From the sequence record SRR31156797_14836: a stretch of 45,529 bases of DNA; one strand, written 5' to 3'. This document shows positions 27,999 through 38,695 of the stretch, piece after piece (the first letter of the stretch is position 1; the number at the start of each line of letters is the position of its first letter). The translations under genes were made by a program, and so were the position numbers. The notes beneath the pieces were generated by a model, which was not told the origin of the DNA, did no database searches, and saw only the letters and a program-made list of their open reading frames with translations.

Positions 27999-28028
27999 AA
28001 GCCGGGAATAACATTCCCGGCTTTTTTT
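27999..28028 (+). terminator. Intrinsic terminator after csp
   Basis: AAGCCGGGAAT-AAC-ATTCCCGGCTTTTTTT. Confidence 0.92.
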
Positions 28029-28080
28029 ATTTTTAAAATGTTTCTTAATTTCAAGCTGTATTTATTATAACTAACCTCTT

Positions 28081-31000
28081 ATGTTTAAAAAATTTTTAAC
28101 CGTACTTTTTTGTTTAGCCACTCTAACTCCTTACGCACAACAACTCATTCCTTCGGATAGCCTGATTAATTCAGGCATAAAGCTCTACGACGAAGAAAAA
28201 TACCAGGAAGCATTAGCTCAGTTTAAGCTGGTAAATGAAAATGATACTAATTATAATTGGGCAGTGGCCGAGATAGCTATGACTTACCTGACACTGGAAA
28301 ATTATGATAGTGCCGTAATTGTAGCTGATTTAGGATTAAGTATTCCAGGTAATAATCATAAACACCTTATGCGAACCAAGGGTACGGCTTATGATTATAT
28401 GGGCGAATCTGATCTGGCTATAAAAACCTATACCGAAGCCATAGAAAAATACCCATTTAACTACTTGTTGCATTATAATTTAGGTATTACTTATTTAAAA
28501 GTAGAACAATATGCCAAAGCGCAACAACAGTTTCAGGAAGCTTTACGCTGCAACCCTTATCATGCATCCAGTCATATGCAATTGGGTAAACTTACAGCGC
28601 GTCAAAAGCAATACACAAGAGCTATGCTTTCGCTCGAGACTTTTTTAGCATTGGAACCTTATAGTGGAAGAAGTAACGATGTGTTGATTTTTGTAGAGAA
28701 CCTCTCTAATAATTATATAGATACTGCAGATGGAGATTTTATTGACCCCATTGAAGCCAATACGCTTTTCGAAGAAATCGATCATTATATCAAAGCCAAA
28801 ATTGTGCTAACTGATCGTTACCCTCTGCCTATCAGTTTTAATGCGTCGCTGGTTAAACAAACTAAAATGATGCTGGATGTATTGCCAACAAGTGGTGGCG
28901 ATAATGATTTCTGGATGCAATTATACGTACCGTTTTTTAGAGCTATAAAAAATGGAAATCACCTGGAGTCTTTGTTGTATACCTTATTACGTTCAACTGG
29001 AAGTGAAACGGTGGAGAAATATAACAGTAAACATGAAAAGGAACTGGGTGCTTTTTATAAAACAGGTTCTAATCTGAGTGACATTAAACAAAAACGTTGG
29101 GCTAACTTCAATGGAGAACCTCAATTGTTCGATTTTGAATATTACGATAATGGACGAATTTATGCAGTAGGGAACCATACCAATGAGGATAAAGAGGAAG
29201 GAGAATGGAGATATTATCATTCAAATGGGGAGTTAAATGCATTAGGTTCTTTTAATAATGGAAATAAAACCGGAAGCTGGACATATTGGGATAAACTAGG
29301 ACAAATATCTTCCTACGAAGAGTTTAAAGAAGGTAAGCTGGATGGTATTTGGAAATCTTACCGACCAACAGGGAAAGTTGGTGTAACAGCTCCTTATATT
29401 GAAGGACAGGTTGAAGGACAGGTGATTTGGTACGATATGTTTGGTAACAAAACAGGCGAAGCTTCTTACGAAAAAAGTATGCCTCAAGGTTCTTCTCAAA
29501 ACCATTTTTCTAATGGTGTTGTAAAGGAAACTTTTACCTATAAAGATGGTGAGTTGGACGGAGATTATAAATCATTTTATGCCAATGGTCAGATTAAAAT
29601 TCATGAATTTTATGCCAACGAAAAAGAGAATGGGGAGTACAAAAAATACTATGCCAATGGTAGAGTATCCATGATGGGTATTATGAAAGATGGTGAGGAA
29701 AATGGAGAATGGAAATCATATTATCCCGATGGTAGCTTGCACCAGTTAAAATATTATAAGGCCGGATTATTAAGCGGAAAGTTCACTGAATATTACCGAA
29801 ATGGTAATGTAAAGTACGAGGTGAATTATAATGATAAGGGTGAGTATAATGGCACTTATAAATACTATACTTCGAAAGGGGAACTGTATTTGGAAGAAGA
29901 GCATGTCAATGGTTTAATTACAAAGGTGTCCTCGGTAAATCGGAATGGTGAAAAATATGCTGTAAGCGGTAGTGAAGATGGTACCTTCTCTTTTAAAACC
30001 TATGATATTAATGGTCGACTGTCAAATACAGGTTTTTTTAAAGAAGGTAAGCGCGATGGAGAATGGATTTATTTTTACAAATCAGGAAAAAAATCTCAGA
30101 CTTCCTTTTATATGGATGGTCAATTAGAAGAAACCTTTACTATATTCCATCAAAATGGAAAGCCAAAGCAAATATATACATATGCCAATGGAGAACTCAA
30201 TGGTTTATATAAAGAGTTTGCCAGCAATGGAAAATTAACTAAACAAGGATTGTATAAGGAAGGAAATCAGGATAACCTTTGGTCTTATTATCGAACAGAC
30301 GGAAGTTTGGAACAGGAATATTTTTACATCGACGGCTATGTAAATGGCTGGTTAAACAGCTATGATGTGGATGGTGTAATGGAGTTCAGAAATAAGTATA
30401 TCAAAGGAAAGTTAGTCGCACATGAAAATAGAGATGTAAATGGAGACGTTATCAATATAATTGATCTGGTTGAAGAACAGCAATACCCAATAATAAGAGA
30501 AAAAGGATTTGTTAATGGAACGTGTGGAATTGTAGGTGGTCAATACGAAGGTGATTTGGTATTGTATCATCCTAACGGACAAGTTTCATCTAAACGTCAG
30601 TTTTTGGATGATAGCAGAAACGGTAAGTTTTATAGTTATTATCCAAGCGGAAAATTAAGAACAGAGGAAAACTATATTTTAGGTTTGTTGAACGGTGTAG
30701 AAACAGATTACTACGAAACGGGAGAATTAAAGATAGAAACCAATCATCTTTATGGAAATAAGGATTCCATATCCAGTTATTATTATAAAGATGGAACGCT
30801 GAAACTTCTTGAAAATTACTGGAATGATATGTTGCACGGAGATACTTATCATTACGATATTAACGGAGAAGAAATGGTAAAAGTCATTTATGAAGAAGAT
30901 GAGTTAATTGGCTTTCAGTATAAAAAAGAAGGAGAATATACCGATACAATAAAACTTGAAGGTGGAGAATTTACGGTGAATGCATTTTATAATAATGGAC

Positions 31001-31347
31001 AGAAAAGTTTTTCTCAATCCTTTAAGAATTACTTGCCTCATGGCGATAAAATTAAATATTATGCCAACGGAAAGGTTCGACAGTTTAAGAAATATAAAGA
31101 TGGTTTGCTGAATGGTAAATGTTATAGTAACTATCCTTCAGGTAACAAGAAATTGGAATATACAATTGTTGATGGTTTGTACGATGGCACCTATGTTGAG
31201 TATTATACCAATGGGAATGTAAAAAAGAGTATTGAGTATAAAAAGGATGATAAACATGGCGAAGCTAAAAACTACAATGCAGAAGGAAAATTAGTTTCGG
31301 TGGAAACATGGAATAGTGGCAGGTTTATTGGATATAAAGAAATGTAA
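28081..31347 (+). CDS. Exported TPR plus MORN-variant (YwqK-like) repeat protein
   Basis: Signal peptide (..PYAQ), N-terminal TPRs (LHYNLGITY, SHMQLG), then about 28 repeats of G-x-W/Y-x-x-Y-Y-x-N-G type counted by eye. Confidence 0.88.
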   Translation: MFKKFLTVLFCLATLTPYAQQLIPSDSLINSGIKLYDEEKYQEALAQFKLVNENDTNYNWAVAEIAMTYLTLENYDSAVIVADLGLSIPGNNHKHLMRTKGTAYDYMGESDLAIKTYTEAIEKYPFNYLLHYNLGITYLKVEQYAKAQQQFQEALRCNPYHASSHMQLGKLTARQKQYTRAMLSLETFLALEPYSGRSNDVLIFVENLSNNYIDTADGDFIDPIEANTLFEEIDHYIKAKIVLTDRYPLPISFNASLVKQTKMMLDVLPTSGGDNDFWMQLYVPFFRAIKNGNHLESLLYTLLRSTGSETVEKYNSKHEKELGAFYKTGSNLSDIKQKRWANFNGEPQLFDFEYYDNGRIYAVGNHTNEDKEEGEWRYYHSNGELNALGSFNNGNKTGSWTYWDKLGQISSYEEFKEGKLDGIWKSYRPTGKVGVTAPYIEGQVEGQVIWYDMFGNKTGEASYEKSMPQGSSQNHFSNGVVKETFTYKDGELDGDYKSFYANGQIKIHEFYANEKENGEYKKYYANGRVSMMGIMKDGEENGEWKSYYPDGSLHQLKYYKAGLLSGKFTEYYRNGNVKYEVNYNDKGEYNGTYKYYTSKGELYLEEEHVNGLITKVSSVNRNGEKYAVSGSEDGTFSFKTYDINGRLSNTGFFKEGKRDGEWIYFYKSGKKSQTSFYMDGQLEETFTIFHQNGKPKQIYTYANGELNGLYKEFASNGKLTKQGLYKEGNQDNLWSYYRTDGSLEQEYFYIDGYVNGWLNSYDVDGVMEFRNKYIKGKLVAHENRDVNGDVINIIDLVEEQQYPIIREKGFVNGTCGIVGGQYEGDLVLYHPNGQVSSKRQFLDDSRNGKFYSYYPSGKLRTEENYILGLLNGVETDYYETGELKIETNHLYGNKDSISSYYYKDGTLKLLENYWNDMLHGDTYHYDINGEEMVKVIYEEDELIGFQYKKEGEYTDTIKLEGGEFTVNAFYNNGQKSFSQSFKNYLPHGDKIKYYANGKVRQFKKYKDGLLNGKCYSNYPSGNKKLEYTIVDGLYDGTYVEYYTNGNVKKSIEYKKDDKHGEAKNYNAEGKLVSVETWNSGRFIGYKEM

Positions 31348-31419
31348 ACTTGTATATCTAAAGAATAGAAGTAGCATTGTTATAAAGAATGTAGATAATC
31401 TCCTAGAACCATTTAATAA

Positions 31420-33342
31420 ATGAAGTATACCAAATATAAATACTTGTTAGCAGTAGTGCTTTTGTTATTACACTTACTGCCAATACAAGCAAAGGAAAAT
31501 TACGATGAGTTAGCCACTAAATATCAAAAACATAATGCCGTTGTTTCTAAATTAGAGTTTGCATATGTTATCGATATGGATGACGATTCTCTCCTGATTA
31601 CTCTGGAAAAAACAAAGGAAGTTCTTATTATCAATGATTTTTTCAAGGGCTTAACCAAAGATTATATCTTTTATGGAGGTTTTACCCAAATCGAAGATAA
31701 AGAGGCTTATACATTAGTGCCTGCAGAAAAAGGATACAATAAAATAAAAGTGCAGCAATTTAAAGAAACGCATAGCAGTGATGGAGGCATCTTTTACGAC
31801 GATTCAAAAATGTACCAGTTATCCTATCCATCCTTACAAAAGGGAGCCATTACACATCTGAATTATACAACTCGTTTTTTAAATCCTAAATTTTTAAACC
31901 AATGTCATTTTCAATCTTTTATTCCGGTTGTAAACGCTAAGGTTTCGGTAAAAGTACATCGGGATGTTGAATTGGGATTTAAGGAGTTTAATTTTGAAGG
32001 AATTAAGAGCAGTTTTAATACCTACACAAAAGGGAAATATGTGTATTATGAGTGGGATGTAAAGGATTTAGAACCTTACCAATATTATGGTGAGTTTTAC
32101 ACTCCCAGTTACTATAGTCCGCATATTGCTTTTTTTATAAAAAGCATTAACAAAGAGCCATATTTTGGTACTTTGGATAAGCTCTACGATTTTTACTACA
32201 ATTTTATTTCGAGTATTAAACCCGCTGATAATGAAGAACTGAAAAAAACAGTAGATGAAATTACAGCCGGTTTAAGCGACAGGGAAAAAGCCAAAGCCAT
32301 TTATTATTGGGTACAGAGTAATATTAAGTATTTGGCTTATGAAGAGGGTTATGCAGGTTTTGTTCCAACCCCGGCAGCCGAAGTTTTTCAAAAAAGATTT
32401 GGCGATTGCAAAGGCATGTCCTGCCTGATAAAAACCATGATGGATTTGGCAGGTATCGAAAGCTATTTTACCTGGGTAGGTACGCGTCATAAACCTTATA
32501 AATATAGGGAGTTGCCCTTGCCTGCTGTGGATAATCATATGATTGTATCGCAAATTGTAAACGATACTGTCATTCTGTATGATGGAACTTTCGAATATCT
32601 CGACTATGGCGTTTATCCTTATCATATTCAAGGAAAGGAAGTGTTAATTGGTATAGATCAGGACAAGTATAAAGTTTTTGAAGTACCAATAACTCCTGCT
32701 GAATATAGTATTGCGACCGATTCTCTTAAAATAAGACTGGAGGATACCAAGCTAAAAGGTACAGCTCACTTACATTATACCGGATTTAATAAATGGCAAT
32801 TAGCTCATGCTTTAGATGGAGTAAAACCCGATAAATACAATCAGTCACTGAGTCATCATTTCGAAATGGGTAATAATAAGTTTGAAGTGACAGATCATTA
32901 TATTACTAATTTGTTTGAATACGATCAGCCGGCTGTTTTATCCTTCGATTTTGAGGTGGGTGACTATTATAAAACAATAGGTGACGAAATTTATCTGAAT
33001 ATGAATTTGGATAAATCTTACGAGCAAATGATTATTGATACCACCACAAGTACCTTTTTACCGCTTGAAAACGATTTTTATTTGATAGAGCGATATGTTA
33101 CTGAGTTCGAAATTCCGGAGGGTTTCGAGTTAACTTACATTCCTAAAAATAGTAGCTTTTCAAAGCCTGAGTTTGGCTTTAAAATTCAATACCAACAAAT
33201 AGGAAATAAAGTTATTCTGAATAAGGAACTCAAATTCGAGTTTCAGTTGGTGCTGGAAGATAAAATTGGCGAGTGGAATAAGATGGTAAAAGCATTAAAT
33301 AAGAGTTACAGAAGTACATTAGTCTTAAAAAAGAAAAACTAA
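31420..33342 (+). CDS. Exported DUF3857 plus transglutaminase-like domain protein, catalytic triad intact
   Basis: Signal peptide, IFYDD, AIYYWVQSNIKY, RFGDCKGMS (Cys), DNHMIV (His), LYDGT (Asp). Confidence 0.88.
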   Translation: MKYTKYKYLLAVVLLLLHLLPIQAKENYDELATKYQKHNAVVSKLEFAYVIDMDDDSLLITLEKTKEVLIINDFFKGLTKDYIFYGGFTQIEDKEAYTLVPAEKGYNKIKVQQFKETHSSDGGIFYDDSKMYQLSYPSLQKGAITHLNYTTRFLNPKFLNQCHFQSFIPVVNAKVSVKVHRDVELGFKEFNFEGIKSSFNTYTKGKYVYYEWDVKDLEPYQYYGEFYTPSYYSPHIAFFIKSINKEPYFGTLDKLYDFYYNFISSIKPADNEELKKTVDEITAGLSDREKAKAIYYWVQSNIKYLAYEEGYAGFVPTPAAEVFQKRFGDCKGMSCLIKTMMDLAGIESYFTWVGTRHKPYKYRELPLPAVDNHMIVSQIVNDTVILYDGTFEYLDYGVYPYHIQGKEVLIGIDQDKYKVFEVPITPAEYSIATDSLKIRLEDTKLKGTAHLHYTGFNKWQLAHALDGVKPDKYNQSLSHHFEMGNNKFEVTDHYITNLFEYDQPAVLSFDFEVGDYYKTIGDEIYLNMNLDKSYEQMIIDTTTSTFLPLENDFYLIERYVTEFEIPEGFELTYIPKNSSFSKPEFGFKIQYQQIGNKVILNKELKFEFQLVLEDKIGEWNKMVKALNKSYRSTLVLKKKN

Positions 33343-33353
33343 CCCGATAAATC

Positions 33354-35297
33354 ATGAAATATATATTTTCAATTATATTATTAAGCCTTGTTGTTGGTTT
33401 ACAAGCGCAGGAGAAGACAGAAATATGGTCGGCAAAACCAAATTTTTCCGAAATAGAGGAAAGTAATAAAGGAGAAAATGTGGTGGGCATTCAGCTCGAC
33501 GAAAAATACGAGTATTTCTATTCTGACGAAGGTGACTTATTAATGAATCATACCATCCATAAAAAGTTTCGTTTAAATAATGATGAGGCCATCAATGGCT
33601 TTAATAAGATTTCTGTTTCATTGGCAGATGTGATTGAAATAGTTGATTTAAAAGCCAGAACCATTAAGCCTGATGGAACTTCAGTGGAGTTTGATAAAAG
33701 CAATATTCGTGAAGTTAAAGATGAGGATAGTGGAAAAAGTTACCAGATTTTTGCCATTGACGGAATCGAAAAAGGAGATGATGTGGAGTATTATGTGGTG
33801 CGCAAAATGTATGGGAATAATTTCGGGCGTAATTTCTTTCAGTTTTCTTTTCCTCTGCAAAAAGCCACATTCGAATTGACCTGTCCTAAAAATCTGATTT
33901 ACGATGTGAAAGGTTATAACGGTTTCCCGGATGCTACTTTTACTCGATTAGATGAGGAAACAAATAAGTTTAAATGTGAAGCAATCAATATTCCGGCTAT
34001 CAAAGACGAAAAATTTGCTTATATCACTCCTCGTACACAACGTGTTGAGTATCGCTTAGATTTTAACTATGCTCATAATAAAGCACAAAAGCTAACTTGG
34101 GATGATGCGGCTTTAAGAGTTTATAGTTCTGTGTATTTTGATGTTTCCGACAAGATTGTCGATAAATGGGTTAACCTGATCAATATTCAGGGAATTACGG
34201 AAGAAGAAAAAGTGTTGGAAGTAGAAGACTTTCTAAAACAAAACGTTTATGTGGAAGAATACAATACTCCGGAGTTTAGTGACTTGGCTTTTGTGTTGGA
34301 GAACAAAGTAACCGGAAGTAGAGGCATTGTTAAAGTATATGGAAATATTTATAAAAAGCTGGGCATCGAACATCAATTGGTATTGACTTCGGAGCGTGAT
34401 AATGTTCGTTTTGATGGCGATTTTCAATCCTGGAACTATCTTGACCAGTATCTCATATATTTTCCTTCACTAAATAAATTTATCGACCCTTCTAATGCCG
34501 GATTTAGGTTAGGCGTGGTTAATGGAGAATTATCGGCTACAGATGGTTTATTTATTGAGCAGGTAAAAATTGGTGATTTTGAATCAGCCATTGGAAAAAT
34601 AAAGCATATTCCTGCATCACCATATAAAGAGAATTACGATAATATGATTATTGATATGACCGTAGATGTGGAAAACGACAATGTTCGTATTGTTACCGAA
34701 AGAGGTTTAAAAGGTTTGAGTGGCGGTTTTTTTATTCGTTATTATAAGATGATGGATGAGGAACAAAAACAAAATATATTAAAGGAAATGACATCAACCA
34801 AGGCGCCTAATCCAACGGTTAATGCTTTGTTTTTAAGGGAGTCGAGTGATATAGAAGCCATTAAGGACGGTGAGTTTTTGGTTCACTCCGATTTTACTAC
34901 CGATGCCTTTTTAGAGCAGGCAGGTCCTAAACTGTTATTAAATATTGGAGAGGCTATTGGTCCTCAGGTTGAAATGTACTTTGAAGAAGACCGAAAGGCA
35001 CAAGCCGAAAATAACTTTAACCGCATGTATTACCGCGAAATTACTTTGCATGTGCCAGAAGGATATAAAATTGTAAACCCCGAAGTAGCTAAAATAAATG
35101 TAGTAGAACAATCAGGCGATGAAAAAATATTCGCCTTTGAATCCGACTATACCTATCAGGGAGATACCTACAAAATCATTATCGACGAATACTACAAAGA
35201 GATTTTTGTAGAAGATGAAGCATTTGAAGGCTTTAAAAATGTGGTGAACGCCGCAGCCGATTTTAATAAAATAGTATTGGTATTAGAGGAGGAATAA
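33354..35297 (+). CDS. Exported DUF3857/transglutaminase-like paralog lacking the catalytic Cys/His
   Basis: Signal peptide (..LQAQ), LKARTIKPDG, GIEKGDDVEY. Active-site-equivalent segments read KVTGSRGIVK and LDQYLIY. IDPS and ITLHVPEGY present. Confidence 0.8.
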   Translation: MKYIFSIILLSLVVGLQAQEKTEIWSAKPNFSEIEESNKGENVVGIQLDEKYEYFYSDEGDLLMNHTIHKKFRLNNDEAINGFNKISVSLADVIEIVDLKARTIKPDGTSVEFDKSNIREVKDEDSGKSYQIFAIDGIEKGDDVEYYVVRKMYGNNFGRNFFQFSFPLQKATFELTCPKNLIYDVKGYNGFPDATFTRLDEETNKFKCEAINIPAIKDEKFAYITPRTQRVEYRLDFNYAHNKAQKLTWDDAALRVYSSVYFDVSDKIVDKWVNLINIQGITEEEKVLEVEDFLKQNVYVEEYNTPEFSDLAFVLENKVTGSRGIVKVYGNIYKKLGIEHQLVLTSERDNVRFDGDFQSWNYLDQYLIYFPSLNKFIDPSNAGFRLGVVNGELSATDGLFIEQVKIGDFESAIGKIKHIPASPYKENYDNMIIDMTVDVENDNVRIVTERGLKGLSGGFFIRYYKMMDEEQKQNILKEMTSTKAPNPTVNALFLRESSDIEAIKDGEFLVHSDFTTDAFLEQAGPKLLLNIGEAIGPQVEMYFEEDRKAQAENNFNRMYYREITLHVPEGYKIVNPEVAKINVVEQSGDEKIFAFESDYTYQGDTYKIIIDEYYKEIFVEDEAFEGFKNVVNAAADFNKIVLVLEEE

Positions 35298-35395
35298 TTC
35301 CTATTAATTGTAAAGATATTATTCGTCGATTATTTAATTTAAAATTATTGGTGTAGCAAAATTCATAAATAATGTAGAAGGAAAAAACTGTAACT

Positions 35396-35403
35396 TATAT
35401 TTG
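35396..35403 (+). promoter_or_regulatory. Bacteroidota -7 box upstream of the M48 peptidase gene
   Basis: TATATTTG, ~84 nt upstream of the ATG. Confidence 0.45.
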
Positions 35404-35487
35404 TATTGTCCGCAATGATGTAAGTTCATGTTTAACCTATTATATTATTTTTATCATTAACCAGCTTTGTAATCTTAAATTATATTA

Positions 35488-37506
35488 ATGAGGTCAACCC
35501 TTCTTATTTGCTTTATTTTGTGTAATGTAACTATAGTTGCGCAAAACTTTTCTTTTCCCATACAATACAATGGAAGTATTCCTCAACATTTCTTTTTCGA
35601 TTATAACTATGAAAAAGAATGGAGTAAAAAAGAAGTGTTTAGCGAAAATAATCGCTTAAATAAATACTCAAGAGAATTTTATCTTAAAAGTAATTATTTC
35701 GAGGATTATTTGATTAGAAGTGGAAATTTGTTAGTGAGTACGCCTTCTAATAATTATTTACAAGAGATTGTTTCTTACTTACTTCTAAATAAACCAGAAT
35801 TACAAAACCAAATACATGTTTACATATTAAAATCAACAAAGTATAACGCATATATAACACAAAATGGTAATATATATGTGAATATGGGTCTTCTGGCGAA
35901 AGTGAAGAATGAGGCTCAACTAGCATTTATTCTGGCACACGAAATTAGTCATTATGCTAATAATCATAACCTGAATACATATTTAGAACAAAAGCATATA
36001 GTAAGTGGTAAAGGTAATTATCGTAATTTGTCGTATGACGATCAGCTATACAGTATTAGTAGCTATTCTAAAAGTCAGGAATTTACGGCAGACAGTTTCG
36101 CATATACCAACTTCTATGCTCAATCCAGATATGATGATTTGGAGATAGATCAGTTATTTCAGGATATGAAATATTCACATCTTCCAATAGGAAATCAAGA
36201 TTCATTGATAACATATCTGGAGAAAAATACATTTCAGTTAACTGATAAATATCGTCTAACCCAATTAAACCCGGTTTTGCCTTTAAGTTCTTACAATGAC
36301 TCTCTAGGTTCTCATCCTAATATACAAGAGCGTTTAATAAAGCTTAAAGAACTCTATCCTTCAAATAGAAAGAAAGAAATGCATGCTTATGTAATTTCAA
36401 AAACGGATTTTGTTTCAATGCAAAATCATGCACAAAAGGAACTTACAAATTTGTATTTGAGTAATCATAATTATGAGAGCGCTATTTTAAATAGTTTTGG
36501 ATTATTGCAAAACAACAATTATGTGTCTTTTGATGAAATTACTATTGGTATAGCGTTAGAGCAGTTGTCCGTATATAAAGCAAAGGATGATTTTGAAGAT
36601 GTACATCGTAGGTATTCTAATGAACAAGGTTATTTGCAGCAGCTTTGTTTTTTAACCGAGAAATTAAGTGATATTGAAATTGCCTTCTTAGCATTGTGTT
36701 TTAATCTTAAGATAGAAGATAAATATCCAGATTCTGATATTATAAAATCAAACATTAACAATCTATTGAACCTTATCATCTTTGAATTGAATATCAATCC
36801 CTTTGATTTAGTAAAAGCTAATCAGGACTATACAGAACTTGTTCAAAGAGCCATTATTGGTTTTCCTTTTAATACTTACATAGAAAGTTATACCATAAAG
36901 CAGGTTCAGAAAAAGAAATTTGAAGACAAAGAAAAAGAGGATTTAATTCATAACCCTGTCAAAAGAAAGCAGATTGCTAATAAAAATAAGTTAATTAGGA
37001 AACATGGTTATGCTCTGGGAATTGATACAATTGTTCTGGTTAACCCAATGAGCAATTGTGCTAATGAATGTAGTTTAACTGAAATAGAGAAAGCAAATAA
37101 CCTAAGAAATAACCTTAAGAATACTATTCTTTCTGTTTCCGATGAGCTTAATCTACATACTTATATGTTGGATATTAAAAATTTTAATAACAGCGATACA
37201 GATAGGTTTAATGATTATGCTTTGCTATCCTCTTGGTTTAATGAAAAATGTTCTCACAGCAGCGATTCTTATTCTGTATATAATGCCAATTTTACCAATT
37301 ATCTTATAAGTAAATATCATACCTGTTATTTCGCCTGGACCATGATTACGCCTGGCATAGGTATTGATTTTTATCTTTTTAATATTGAAAATAACAGCTT
37401 GGTTCTTTCAGAAAGAGAGTGGTTTAAGAGTAATAATAGCTTGCCGAAAATAAGTACATCATTAAAAAAGATATTAACTCAAATAAAAACAAAACAAATT
37501 AACTAA
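35488..37506 (+). CDS. M48-family zinc metallopeptidase with long C-terminal extension, exported
   Basis: Signal-like N-terminus, NAYITQNGNIYVNMGLL, EAQLAFILAHEISH (HExxH), QEFTAD, SHPNIQERL. Confidence 0.88.
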   Translation: MRSTLLICFILCNVTIVAQNFSFPIQYNGSIPQHFFFDYNYEKEWSKKEVFSENNRLNKYSREFYLKSNYFEDYLIRSGNLLVSTPSNNYLQEIVSYLLLNKPELQNQIHVYILKSTKYNAYITQNGNIYVNMGLLAKVKNEAQLAFILAHEISHYANNHNLNTYLEQKHIVSGKGNYRNLSYDDQLYSISSYSKSQEFTADSFAYTNFYAQSRYDDLEIDQLFQDMKYSHLPIGNQDSLITYLEKNTFQLTDKYRLTQLNPVLPLSSYNDSLGSHPNIQERLIKLKELYPSNRKKEMHAYVISKTDFVSMQNHAQKELTNLYLSNHNYESAILNSFGLLQNNNYVSFDEITIGIALEQLSVYKAKDDFEDVHRRYSNEQGYLQQLCFLTEKLSDIEIAFLALCFNLKIEDKYPDSDIIKSNINNLLNLIIFELNINPFDLVKANQDYTELVQRAIIGFPFNTYIESYTIKQVQKKKFEDKEKEDLIHNPVKRKQIANKNKLIRKHGYALGIDTIVLVNPMSNCANECSLTEIEKANNLRNNLKNTILSVSDELNLHTYMLDIKNFNNSDTDRFNDYALLSSWFNEKCSHSSDSYSVYNANFTNYLISKYHTCYFAWTMITPGIGIDFYLFNIENNSLVLSEREWFKSNNSLPKISTSLKKILTQIKTKQIN

Positions 37507-37516
37507 TTAAAATTTA

Positions 37517-38428
37517 TTGATTATGAAAAAATTATTATTACTATGCTTTATGGTTCTGTGTTCTGTAGTACTTTTTTCACAGAATACAAACTCCAAAGAT
37601 GCAAGTAAAATTAAAAGCTTAAAACTTATTGTGGCATTAAAAGAGTACCCTAAAAAGGCCGATGCAGAAGAAAAAGTAATGATTGATTCAGCCAATGTTG
37701 CCTTAGAATACGCTATGAAAAATCACTGGAACTTTAATGCCGTTGAAAAATCTATGCCTTTGAGTGAAGCTAAAAAGTTTGTTAAGAGTAATAAAGGGTA
37801 TTGTTATATAACTATTGCAGAAGGAGTGACAACCTCTATGAAACATGGAGCAGGGGATGGTGCTTTTAGGTATATGTCATATTCTGAGCGTTTGGGAATT
37901 TATACTCCTTCTTTAACTGCTGCAACGTATTTACCTAAATATGGAAATACAATGACCAAAGCAACTGCTGCATTTGCAACGGCTCAACTGAATAAAATGT
38001 TAGAACTACTATATAATAAGGAGTTTAGTAATATGTTTGGATCAGTAAAATATGTAAAAGAAAACGGGCCTAATATTATTAAGAAAACATTACTTATCCC
38101 TAAAGAATATATTTCACCTAAACTTTCTAAGGAAGATATTAAGCTTGCATATCCTTATGATATCGATTTTTGTGATATCGATAAGGTAGAAAGAGCTATT
38201 TTGAATAAAGATCCTAAATATGCAGTTCTATATTATGTTCCTGTATCTATTTCTGGAAAATATTTACATCGTTTATTTATTACAAGTGCTCAGGATGGAG
38301 ATATTTATGGAGTAGCAGATGGAAATAAAGTACAATTGGATTTAGCTATCTTTGGAACGGTAGGAAATAAAAAGTACTTAATTAACGACAAAGAACTAAA
38401 GCAAATTGGTAAAATAGCTACCAAATAA
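37517..38428 (+). CDS. Exported hypothetical protein
   Basis: 303-aa ORF, signal peptide MKKLLLL...FSQ (start likely ATG 37523), followed by a terminator. Confidence 0.8.
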   Translation: MIMKKLLLLCFMVLCSVVLFSQNTNSKDASKIKSLKLIVALKEYPKKADAEEKVMIDSANVALEYAMKNHWNFNAVEKSMPLSEAKKFVKSNKGYCYITIAEGVTTSMKHGAGDGAFRYMSYSERLGIYTPSLTAATYLPKYGNTMTKATAAFATAQLNKMLELLYNKEFSNMFGSVKYVKENGPNIIKKTLLIPKEYISPKLSKEDIKLAYPYDIDFCDIDKVERAILNKDPKYAVLYYVPVSISGKYLHRLFITSAQDGDIYGVADGNKVQLDLAIFGTVGNKKYLINDKELKQIGKIATK

Positions 38429-38505
38429 AATTATTTATGAGATGGTTTTCTGAGCATGAAAATGTTTATTAAATAGATAATTGTAATATTTCAATACATC
38501 ATACT

Positions 38506-38538
38506 AAAAACCCGGAAGTTTTCTTTCGGGTTTTTTTT
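38506..38538 (+). terminator. Intrinsic terminator
   Basis: AAAAACCCGGAAG-TTTT-CTTTCGGGTTTTTTTT. Confidence 0.9.
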
Positions 38539-38548
38539 ATGGTGTAAT

Positions 38549-38695
38549 CCATAATATACTTCGATAATAACATTACACACATAACCAATAGATCCACAAA
38601 CTTCTAAGAAGAGTTTACGTACTTTTCAAGTTATCCTGCAAACTTCGACAAACATCCTACGCACTTAGATCAATAAACTACGCAGATTGAAATAT
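38549..38695. repeat. Degenerate 21-bp tandem array, ~7 units (consensus ~ATCCTACRMACTTCGAYAANN)
   Basis: ACTT-type cores at 38558, 38579, 38600, 38621, 38642, 38663, 38684, exactly 21 bp apart. Confidence 0.75.

Noticed and set aside
28081-31347. YwqJK toxin-antitoxin or RHS toxin
   Set aside because: No adjacent toxin domain, no RHS core or DPxG cleavage motif. The protein has a Sec signal and TPRs.
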